Shown here piece after piece: positions 1 to 18,494 of a stretch of 64,000 nt of DNA. Position 1 is the stretch's first letter, and every line of letters begins with the position of its first letter. The notes beneath the pieces were generated by a model. That model searched no databases. It was not told the DNA's origin and saw only the letters and a program-made list of their open reading frames with translations. Position numbers and translations under genes: made by a program. The stretch is from Antedon mediterranea (Eukaryota > Animalia > Echinodermata). Location of the stretch: assembly GCF_964355755.1 (NCBI RefSeq), contig NC_092670.1, forward strand, positions 36,382,388 to 36,446,387, read 5' to 3'.

Positions 1-14
1 TTGTGTTAATTATT

Positions 15-315
15 TTTAAAAACAAATAAGCCTGCATTGTTACTGTATCCTTTATTTTGATGAACAAATTAAAGTCTTTAAATTGATTTTAAAAGAATAG
101 AAAGTTGGTCAATTTGGGGGGAAAATGGAAATTTGTCCAAAGAGAGGATAGAACTAATTTTTTTTAAAGCAAATAAGGTTGCATTGTACTGTATATCATT
201 TATTTTTATGAACAAATAAGTCTTTAAATTAATTTTAAAAGAATAGAAAGTTGGTGAATTTGGGGGAAAAAGTGGAAATTTGTCCAAAGATGTGATGGAA
301 CAAAAGTTTAAAAGA
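15..315. repeat. Diverged tandem duplication, ~150-bp unit x2
   Basis: aaataag..gcattgt.actgtatc.tttatttt.atgaacaaat..agtctttaaatt.attttaaaagaatagaaagttggt..atttgggg..ggaaatttgtccaaaga occurs at ~20-145 and ~170-290. Confidence 0.8.
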
Positions 316-587
316 ATGTCCACATAAGTACAGAAACATAGGAGGATTTTTCGCACAAAAATAGGTGATGAGATGGATTAAGTTGAGAAAAGTTAAAGTT
401 AAAAGTTGCACAGAATATAATAAAGCTTTAAATCGTGTTGCCCTTTGCTTCCTACAACCTCTTACCTTATTACCTTATGGTCTTCTACATTTTGTGGGTA
501 TATACTGTAAACTAATGTAAAATATTACTCCCATGCTACCAGACTAACTATCAGCTACCATTAACATTAATATTGTAATTTTATTTT

Positions 588-3631
<3,044 letters not shown>

Positions 3632-4270
3632 ATTTTGCTTCTACACTGTTCACTGTGTCTGGTGGTAACTGATCATTAGTTCACACCCTTACCTTTCTCA
3701 TTGTGCTATTACTTATTTGTAATTAATTCCTGAGCCATCTTATTGTTAAATAACAAGGTTCAGAGCTTTTCACATACCTTATGGTAAGAGGATTTACTAA
3801 AGGTTGAATAAAAATAAAGGTCAGTTGCTTTGTAGTTATCAACAAAATAGTTTGTTATGCAACCTTTGTTTTGACAAAAAAGCTGTTTATACAGTACAGT
3901 AATTACCAAGGTGTGACATCCCAATCCAAGTCAAGAGCGTCTATCATTTTCTTTTATAAGATGTTTCTATAATTTTTTAAAGTTACAGTTACATACAGAT
4001 TTAAAATTTAAAGGTCTGCAATTAATTAAAAAAATGGTTGTGTACTATGTAAAAATTCTGATTAATGAATATTAGTAAAATACTGCATTGTAAACTTATA
4101 CTCTCCTACAATATTACTATTAAATTTACTTATTAAAGAAAACTAATTTTTTTGTTTACACCACCAATATAATACGTGGTGTTAACTAAAATCCTAATCT
4201 TTCTTTGAGAAACTTTTTACAATGGTTTTAAAGACTTTTAACACTTTGACAGGTTTTTTTCACAGGCTCA

Positions 4271-7200
4271 ATGAAGGCATTACCTGCGGAGACTGTTCGA
4301 TTGATTACCAGCTCACAGGTTATTACATCTGTCTTTAGCATTGTTAAAGAGCTGGTTGAAAACTCATTAGATGCAAATGCAACAAGTATTGAAGTTAAAC
4401 TTGTAAGTTTTAATTGTTTCAATTGTATCTAGAAGAAGAAAGAAACATTTTATCATACATAAGCTATGAGCTTCAACGTAAGCCTTTTGTAGCCTTCTTT
4501 TCCAAGAGAAAATAATTAACAGATTCATTTCAAAATGAGTTTTTTAAAGCTTAACTGACCCTGAAGAACCTAGAAAGGCAGACAGCCAGATTTAAATACT
4601 AAACCATGTCTTCCAGTAATGTTTTATCTGCTTGACCCTGTCACAGGTCACTGACCAAGCACCACAATTCCATCATTCGGCCTGATGATACAACCTGGAA
4701 AGGTTGTGAAAAAGCAAGAACAGTCCAGTTGAATAGATTATCCTTCTAAACTTAATACTACCAGGATGAAAGACAATATCCATATCCTAATATCTGAAAT
4801 GATTTACAATTTTTTTTTCTGATTCTTTTTATATATAAAATTAAATCTATAAGAATTCTATCTTATATTTATGTAGGAAAACTATGGATTTGACCGCATT
4901 GAAATCCGTGATGATGGAGATGGAATCCCATTGGATAATGTTCCATACATGGCGCAGCAACACTTCACTTCCAAGATTTCCCAAATGGACGACCTCCATC
5001 ATCTGCTGACCTACGGATTTCGAGGTGAAGCATTGGCATCACTATGTGCAGTTGCATCAGTTACCATAGCAACTAAAACTGACGAGGATCCAATAAGTAT
5101 GGTTTATACGTTAGACCAACAAGGAAAAGTGACAGCTTCAAAACCTTGTCACTTAGGCAGAGGTAATGACATTATTGGTACAATGCGTTTTTTTTGTTAA
5201 TGTTGTCACCATATTACCAGCCTAACTAAGTTGTATACATTGCCTAAATATGAAATTTTTTTAAGGCACCACAGTGACGGCAATAAACCTTTTTAAGAAC
5301 ACTCCAGTTCGAAAGCAGTTTTTCAGTAATGCAAAACGAAGAAAAGACGAGCTACGCAAAGTTGAGGATCTTATTATGCAGTTTGCTACCATTAAGCCAC
5401 AAACCCGTTTCATGCTGCGCAATGATAAAACAATTGTGTTGCAAAAAAACAAATTGGCCAATCATAAAGCAGCGTTGGCAAGTGTTTGGGGAAGGAATGT
5501 TATTGGTGCAATGCAGGAATTGTCATTTGATGTTGCGAATGCCAAGGTAAAGATCAATTTAGTTGATATATTCCCTTTTAAAACAGACTTCCAATCAAAC
5601 AATTATTATAGTAAAGCTCTGTCTACACTATCAAACTAGTTTTAAATGTAATAAACTACTGTAAATTTAATGGCTTGGGTATGGTAACACAAATTTTTTG
5701 ATAAGAAACTATTAAGCACTGTCTATGATATCAAACTAGTTTGACAAAAAAAAGTGTGATGTTCTCAAATATGGCAGTGATATACCAACATACAGTGTTC
5801 ATCATTCAAGGCCTATGCAATTAACAAGTCATTTAAAGAAAATGGATTTTAAAATGTTTTTTCATAGGTGGATTGTTTCCTTCCTAAACCAGATGCTGAT
5901 GTACAATTGATCAGCCGATGCAGTAATGATCGTTGCTGGGTGTTTGTCAATGGTCGCCCTGTATCGTACAGAGAGATTGAAAAGGTTTTTTCTCCCATTG
6001 ATTTTCCTATATAAATGCTTTTACTTTGTAGAATTAATTGAAAGTAGAGAATAGAGAATTTTTTTATAAATTTTATGTATGTCAATGTTTACTGTGCTCA
6101 TTTTTTATATTATAAAATGTTTGTACTGTTCTGTTTACCAAGCACTAAATTACTGACTTTTTTCAACTTGATTAGTTAACCAAGCACTGTATAAGCAACA
6201 GCTACCCAACACAAATAAGTGGTCGTTATCCATTTGCATTTATCAGCATCAGTCTTCCACCTGATTCTATTGATGTCAATTTGGAACCAAACAAGACAAA
6301 AGTCCTCTTACACGAGAAGGTAAATACTTTTTAGCACTAACAAAAATAAAACCTTGACCTATTACCTATGACCAATATGTAAATAATTGAAAACTCAAAG
6401 TGAAAGTCTTACTGTAAGATAAATAACTGTCAAAAATAAATTTATTTATTTTATTCTCTTTTCTTCATTTCAGGAAAGCATATTAGAAGCAATGGAATGT
6501 AAATTAAAGGAAGTTTATCAACCTATTTCTAAAGAAGATCAAGAGAACTTAAGTAATGAAAGTGATAGAATTGTAGTAGAGAGTGAAAGTAATTGTACAG
6601 TGTTAGAGCCGATATCCTCACACACCAACCTTCCTTCAGTGCCAAATGTTTCAAAATACCCAGTTAATAAGGTGTTGAGCAATAGTAGAAAGACATCACA
6701 TGGATTACAAAGAGAAGTTCAATCCAACGGCAGTGTAGAGTTAGAATGTAGTGAAGTGGTATTACAAAGTGAACGGTTTCCGCAAACCGCACTTTCTTCT
6801 TCAGATTGCTCAGTAATACCAGAGGAAGCTACAGATCAGTCTTTTCTTCACAAAAGTGATTATAACAATAGACTACAGAATTTACAAAAACCTTGTGATG
6901 AAATACAAGAGACACTTTGCAAAAATGTTGAAACATCTGAAAATAGTGGCAAAAACTCTAATTTAGTAAGAACTTCAGACATTATAAAAACAAATTGTAC
7001 ATCAGAAACAGTAATTAGCATAGAAGCGGATTCTGACAATAACACCACTGCTGATGTGCTGCCACTACAAGTTAAAGACGAATCAGGTCTTAGTGAAAAT
7101 GCAGACTTTATTTTTTCTAGTGAATTATCTGATTCAGCTTTAATGGATTATCTTGAAACAAAACATGAGGCCAGCCTCAATGAGTCAACAATTGATGGTT

Positions 7201-9685
7201 TGCATGAGTCTGTAAATAAGATTGCTCAAACGGAATGGAGTAAAGGAAAAGGGTTGGTGGATGATTTAGGAAGACCTGTTGAGCCTGGGAAGATACTTGT
7301 GCCTACAAAACAAGGTAATCCGAGCAAAAATGCAGGAGTAGAAAGTTTGCTGACACCTTGCCGTGAGAAGAAGCCAAAACAAGTGGAGAGGATGGGCGAT
7401 GCCACATTTTATAACATGGTTGGAAAGACACCAATCAAACGACCACAAACAGCTTACATATTCTTTTGCAAGGAAGTGCGACCCCAAGGTAGCTTTTTTT
7501 TTCTAATATCTTTCTGGCTTTATTTAAATGCAGTGTATTTAGTGATCCTAAAGAGATTTTTTAATGTGTTTTCTAGTTATTAAAGACAATCCAACAGCAG
7601 ACTTTCAAACAATCTCTAAACTCACTGGAGAGAGATGGAGAGCTTTAACTGAAGAGGAGAAGTGTAAATATGAAGATTTAATGAAACAGGATGTTTTGAG
7701 GTGAGTACTGTTTGAGATAATGCACCTGGTATCAATTATGGGTATGTGAAAAATCAACAAAATAATATATTTGATAAAGTCTATACTTTCAACTGCTGAT
7801 GTTGGAGTACAGTATAACTCCTCCTTTAAGACACTGACGTTAAGAAAACAATGTTCTGTTCATGAATAAGGGGCAGCCAACCCCTTGATGGTATCCCCAG
7901 TGTTTTACTGTATTAGCCTTAAACATAATTGATTCCAGGTACAAGGAGCAAGTGCAGGAAGCAAAAAAGAATGGCACTATGAAGGAACCAGTGCGTAAAA
8001 AGAAATGCATTAAACAGGTATATATTTCTTTTTCAAATCGTAAGTAAGCTAAGGATTGGCCCGTTTAGGCATGGTTGGTCAGCTGCATATTTGTAATATT
8101 ACTTTCACCTTTAGCCTCCACAGCAGATGTTGGTAGATAAACTATTTTCTTCACCTAAAAGACCAACATCAACTTCACCAGTTGTTAAAAGGGTAGATGT
8201 GAATTTTTCTTGTGCAGGACTTAAAGATGATCAACAGCACAGGAATTGGTAAGGATGGAGATTCAGTACATACAGTAGTTAACAACATTCAAATATACTT
8301 CCGTTTCGGATTATTTCTTTTATCAAGCAATCTCATTAAGAATAACTTATTTTGGGCAGAATTAAAACTGAATATTTGCAACTTTTGAGATTGATGCTTA
8401 CAAAACCAACACATCAAAAACACTGTTCAAGCTTTTGCAGAAAGAAATTACGTACACTATTGTGATATAGCCTTGCAAAGCTCCGAAGTTAGTCTCGAAG
8501 TGAGAATCTTCACCACAATAAAAAAAAAAAGATTACGCAAAAATTTATATTGAAGTATCTTTATCAACTACTAAATTTGTTTTTAAACAGGGATTCACTT
8601 GAAAGGCTCCACTTGATTGGCCAATTGCCGAATGGTTTCTGGATTTGCAAGGAGGCTAACCAAATACAACTTCTGAACCATTTTAGAGTAGAAGAGACAT
8701 TGCTGTATCATCGTCTGCTTTCCGAACATAGACTACAAATCCAACAGCTACAACCACCAATTACATTATTATCAAGGTATAAATGATACCACTAAAGTTC
8801 AACTTAAGCCTAGAATTTCAGAAAATAGATATAATCAGGGGCGAATCAAGGATTTTTAAATAAGGGTTTAAAAAAGAGGTTAAAAGGGCATGTCTTCTAT
8901 TTTATGAGTGCTAAAGCCTGTTTAGCCCACACACAAATCTGCGCCTGATAATAATTTTATTTTATATTTTTATAATTTGTAGTATGATAGGAGGGCCTGT
9001 AAATTGGCAGACTCTACTGATGCTGAAGAGTTCCACATCAGCTGTAGATGGCTCTCGTACATTTGTTGATGAAAGGCTAGTAGCAAACGGCTTTGTTGTT
9101 AAACAGACTGAAGGTATAAAAAACAATTACTGCAAATTTGGGGTTGGGCTAATACCTCTGGTTGGTTATCAAAATGTATTGAGCACAAAGGTCTTTTTCT
9201 TTAGATTCTGAGGGAGGTAATGTCCGATTACAAGTCACCGGCATGGCAACCAATATTCCATGTTATAGTTTGGCTGACCTTGCGGAACTGCTTGATACGA
9301 TAGGCTCGTCAACTAATGGTATTAGTCTCAAAGAATCCAGACCTGTCAAACTTGTCCACTATTTGCAGGTACTTTTTTTTTCTATGAAAATATGTCTGAG
9401 CTAGTTTAATAAACACACTAAAGGTTAGCAAAAACATTACCTCAATGTCAATCTTTTACAGTTTCTGTATGTCATCATACCTATCCATTATAGTTGTTTA
9501 TTGAATTTAAATTTCTTTAATAGGCAGAAGCTGTACGATTGGCTCGAGATCGCCCACATCGATCAACGCATGATAACATAATGGATATGATTGAGCAAAG
9601 GAGTGTGGCATTGCCTCCTAATGTAAAGAGTTGTATACATAACAAGCCCTTCCTTAAAACACTGCACACCACAAATGTACAGTAG
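4271..9685 (+). CDS. PMS1: PMS1 MutL-family mismatch repair protein with HMG box (13 coding exons, ~984 aa)
   Basis: Exons 4271-4402, 4877-5162, 5266-5546, 5868-5984, 6176-6319, 6474-7488, 7577-7700, 7939-8017, 8115-8248, 8591-8776, 8983-9113, 9205-9368, 9524-9685; 2955 nt. N-terminus [39 protein letters not shown] motif [20 protein letters not shown] box [34 protein letters not shown] in place of the DQHA endonuclease motif, and C-terminal CIHNKPF. These features fit metazoan PMS1 rather than PMS2 or MLH1. Confidence 0.93.
4540..4785 (+). mobile_element. Penelope-like retroelement 3' end fragment with degenerate hammerhead core (PMS1 intron)
   Basis: CTGATGA-T-ACAACCT-GGAA-AGGTTGT-GAAA at 4682-4711, followed by agtccagttg...ccaggatgaaagacaatatccat, resembling PLE terminal repeats as I recall them. 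Confidence 0.55.
7810..7910. mobile_element. Short Tc1/pogo-type MITE remnant
   Basis: ta|cagtataactcctcc ... gtgttttactg|ta; related to the copies at 40882 and 44531. Confidence 0.5.
8836..8947. mobile_element. hAT-like MITE
   Basis: CAGGGGCGAATC...ATCTGCGCCTG termini flanked by direct repeat atataat. Confidence 0.6.
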
Positions 9686-10144
9686 CATTTCTGATGAAAT
9701 ATAGACAGCCTATTTTTTGCCAAATAGATCATTTATATTTTAAACATTTTTTAACAATATAAATCTAAGAAAGTAAGTAGAATGTAGTGGAGATGTGCTT
9801 TTTTGTAGAACTCCAGACATAATTGAAACAATCGGTTGATGGGTCTTTTATCTAATTTTATTCTAATACCATATCGTTAGTAATCTTGTTGTGCTACACA
9901 TTTCATTTGATCTATTTGGTACAGCAGTAAACTATAGCTGGTTTTTCTTAATTCCAAACATTTAATTTATCAAGTATTCTTTCATTTCATATTTTTAATT
10001 GTACTGATCATATTAATTTGCTTGTGTCTTATAAGCATCAGATTTAAATTGTTTTCATCCAGCAGCCAATGCAGTAAGTACCATTCGTATTTCAATAGTA
10101 CATTGTGTTACCATAAAAAGTTGATCATTAAACTGTGTGGACAC

Positions 10145-14275
<4,131 letters not shown>

Positions 14276-15785
14276 CCTTCTTATCATTGAGTGTTATTAC
14301 ATGTGAGAGTTAATAAATGATCTGTAATGGCTTGGTGTAAATATTTCAAAGATAATAATTAATATATTTGGGCCGATTAATGACCTTTGCTCGCTGGACT
14401 CTCCGCGTTGTGTTAACTATTACTGTAATGTTATGTTTGTCATTTTACTTCTGTGTACTTACGACGTTAAACCAACAACAACCGGTCACGTCATTGTCAC
14501 ACGTTGTATGTACAGTGTTTCTTTTGTTCACTCCCTTATTAATTCAGCGATTATTAATATCATACAACTACATTAACTGGTTTGTCAGATTCTCTTTGAT
14601 CTAGAAAGATAATTCTTAGTATGTTTTTACGGGTTTGAATCATAATACGTCATATAAAGAATATTTTACTCGTAAATTTCCGAAGTTTCCAAACATATAG
14701 ATATGTTTTTTCCTATCAATTTTCATTTTACCCAATCCTTGATTCATCACGTAAATGTTAGAATTAAGTGTTTTTTTTTAATGATGTATATAGGCCTATC
14801 TCCCTCCCTAAGGAGAGAATTGTTTCTCCATAAGGAGCGACTTCTTTTGTTCCCGAACCTAACATTTTGTCTATACTTCCCCCTTAAGTCACAGATAGGC
14901 TTATACTTTTATAGTTAAGCGTATTGTATGATTTAATATCGTACATTAATAATTGAGAAAAGATGAAAAATAAGTAAAAACTGTATAACATTGTACTGTA
15001 GTTTCATTATTGTTTCACGTCACCAGAGCAATATCGCTTAAAATTTTTGATTTTAATTGTTTTTTAATTGTGAGAAAACAACATTTATCAGAATATTCAA
15101 CTCAATATTTTGTTTTATCAATTGTGAATTTAAGAGTTACTATATTCTGTAACGTAAGTTGCTACTTTAAATACCTTTCGCACTAGACTCCGTCTTGCAC
15201 TTAATTGTGCCGTCTTCTCGTCAATCACTTCTGTGTAGTCCTACTTTCGTGTTAAACCAACAACCACGTCATTATCACAACCGACGTATCTATGGTAATC
15301 AAAGAGTTTCTTCACTCCCATAGTTCAGTATTATTTTCATCTAAAAACTATTTTGAACGGTCACTCATATTCTGTACATATTTAACTAACGTTCACACAC
15401 GACGTGTTTGAATCGTCTGCGTCAACTTTAATATTTAAGCTTATTATTATAATTGAAACGTTAAGCTCTGTGTAGGCTACACTATCAAACTAGTTTGACA
15501 AAAAAAGTGTGATGTGTCCAAATATGGAAGTGATATGACACAATCATGTTCATATAATTATGGGCACATCACATTTGTTGTCACATACCGTTTGATAGGG
15601 TAGACAGAGCTTAAGGTAAGAACAAAGCATGAGAATTGTAGTTGTAAAGTCCTGCATTCTTTTTCATCAATTTGTATTTTACCCAACTGATCCATTTTGG
15701 GTCAAATGTCGGATTTGTGAAACCAATATTGTTTCAGTAAAACTACTGATATTTAATTTACGTATTATAAGAAATTATTAAATAA

Positions 15786-15945
15786 AGGGTCTTTCGCACC
15801 CGTTCCGGCACGGCGCTGCCAAATCAAATGTCACAGTTTCGTTTTCACGCGGTTACGTATGCGCATATCGATGGGCGCATAGCCGCGTGAAAACGAAACA
15901 TTGACGTTCAATTCACCGGACCGGAACCGCGTCGGAACAGATGTA
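15786..15945. mobile_element. GC-rich palindromic MITE remnant (Harbinger-like)
   Basis: Inner palindrome gtttcgttttcacgcgg...ccgcgtgaaaacgaaac; outer arms gttccggcacgg / ccgcgtcggaac. Confidence 0.5.
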
Positions 15946-16107
15946 TATTGTGTTGTAGGCCTACAATTAAATATTTTATTTTCCTTTAAATTAATTTTAG
16001 TTTAATTTTACCATACCATAAATCTTCAAAAAGAAGCCCATTGAGTTTCTTTTCGAGAGGTTTGACGGTATGCTATATGAACATTTTCAGTGCATGTAAT
16101 GTATTAC

Positions 16108-16547
16108 TACGAAAGCCCATTAATGCCATTTTAAGTATATGTTTTTCGAACGTAATCCGTTCTAACGAATTAGTAATTCGTTTGAACGGATTAATAATCT
16201 GTTCAAACGAATTAGTAATCCGTTTAAACAAATTATTAATTCGTTTAAACAAATTACTAATCCGTTTAAACAAATTAGTAATTCGTTTGAAAGAATTAGT
16301 AATTCGTTTGAACAAATTAGTAATCCGTTTAAACAAATTAGTAATTCGTTTGAACGGATTAGTAATCCGTTTAAACGAATTACAACATATACTTTAAATG
16401 GCACTTGTTGTATATGTTACAATTCGTTTGAACGGATTACTAATTCGTTTGAACAGATTATTAATCCGTTCAAACGAATTACTAATTCGTTAGAACGGAT
16501 TACGTTCGAAAAACATATACTTAAAATGGCATTAATGGGCTTTCGTA
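16108..16547. mobile_element. Foldback non-autonomous DNA element with ~125-bp TIRs and internal 21-bp tandem repeats
   Basis: TACGAAAGCCCATTAATGCCATTTTAAG...CTTAAAATGGCATTAATGGGCTTTCGTA; unit (t/c)cgtttaaacaaattagtaat about 11x in the left arm and about 4x inverted in the right arm. Confidence 0.85.
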
Positions 16548-18494
16548 TTATTCAATGTATGTGTAAACTGCTTTGTTTTTTCCCTGAAATATGTAAACAT
16601 ACATAAGACATGAGACCCACTTGATAGTTTGATTTAGTTCGCTTTTCGGAATCCTGTCTCTCTCTATTGTTTGCGAGACGAAATAAATGAAATGGTGCTT
16701 AACTTATTTTATTAGTTACTAATACAATGTTAACGATAATTTTACCATTAATAAATATAGAAATCTGCGCACAACAATGATATTAAAAACTACAAATAAT
16801 GTTCTATAGGCCTAACGAAGGTCTATGTAACTCTGTTGCATCCACTGTATTCAAACATTAAGATTCTACTCCACAAACACTGAAACTGGTTTCATAAAGA
16901 CGCTACTACTTTTCATCATTAAAATGTAGATTTTGATTTGATAAGAATTTCACGAGCAAGCAAACTCATTGTTGACCAAATTAGTGCTTATTATGCTACC
17001 TTGAGAAAAATGTAGTATTTTCGAGAATCAAAATCGAGAAAAAAATTATTTTTCTTTTTTTCTAAAGCTCTGTCTTTATGTGAAAAACATAATTTGATGT
17101 GCTCACATATGGACAGCATCACATCACTACCATATTTGGGCATATCACTACCATATTTGGGCATATCACTACCATATTTGGGCATATCACTACCATATTT
17201 GGGCCTATCACTACCATTTTGGTCAAACTAGTTGATAGTGTAGACAGAGCTTTTAAAGAATTAATGTATGGCTACACTCTATTGGACTCTAGCAAATTTA
17301 TGAAACCAAATATAAAAAGTTGTTACACTTAATAAGGCAAATTATCTTAATATGGTTTATTATAACCGGACCACAGTATCCAAGTCTATAATAATATTAA
17401 TTTCATTTAATTACTAACAATTATTGAATACAGTAATACATCAGTAAATATAAAATGTTTATTAATGATGTGATCATACATTGTAAAAGTGTAAAATAAG
17501 CTAGAAACAGTTTTAATAATAGGAGTTAACATTTATATTATTAGACCTAAACACACCCAGTTTGCACGATTTTTTATCCGGCCATCAAACCGGCACTGTG
17601 TGAACTTTAACGAAACACCTTATATGAGATAACTACAGAGCCAGGGACATGTACAGGATCTAATTTCATAGAAAGTTTGTCAGCAAGGTACAGATGCTTG
17701 CATGGATCGCCCAAATCGGTAATTAATAAGTATCAACACAGTTTTCAAATAAAGTTAAACGCTTCCCAAGCCATGACCATACAGGCCATTTTCATACCTA
17801 ATGTTTCTGAATGTGTACAAATAGCAATGTGTATAATGGACAAATGCTCTCTCTTTTTTCCATTTTTGGGACACGCCTTGTTGTGGCCACTTGTGACTTC
17901 TACACCTGTACACGCCCCATTTACTATTCCTAAATACTACAATCTATACATTTTGTTGGAATGATAAATGTGCAATACTGTAAAATGTGCTATACCATAA
18001 TTTACACCCTGATGAAAGCACTCACTTAAAATAAATGCATCTCGACTTCAAGTTTCCAAACGTCTCCCTGGCTTTGGTGGTTGCATTAAATATATCCAAC
18101 AATTACATAATATTTAAAAATGTAAACATTTGGAGAAATTTTGATGGGATAGTAGAAAAACTAAAAAGTTGTGAGACTGCCATGATTTTCTAGAGAGTTG
18201 AGAGGTCAATAGCATAATAATTCAAGCATTGAAATATGTGGTATTATACATGCCATGACCTTTCATAATTATCATTATCATCAGAAAATATGATACCTAT
18301 ATATTCTAAAAACATTAAAAATCAAATATTACATTTTAATCAAGCAAATATATATTTAGTTCTCATAAACCGAACAATCTATTTAAATTTGTTTTAAAGA
18401 CATGATATGACTCGCACACACAATTAATAAATGAATAGACGGTATCAACTCCCCTTCAAAGCTGCACGTAGGCCACAAAGTGATTGCAGTTGAG

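Noticed and set aside
4228-7487. Antisense ORFs over PMS1 exons (4228-4422, 5261-5461, 6860-7048, 7266-7487) and similar shadows over other genes
   Set aside because: Shadow ORFs of real exons with no recognisable motifs.
16041-16404. Leucine-rich heptad ORFs (IRLNKLV)n
   Set aside because: Artefact of the 21-bp repeat inside a foldback element.
16991-17332. MPKYGSD-repeat ORFs (also 35902-36144 and 26231-26413)
   Set aside because: Translations of the MITE internal 21-bp repeat.
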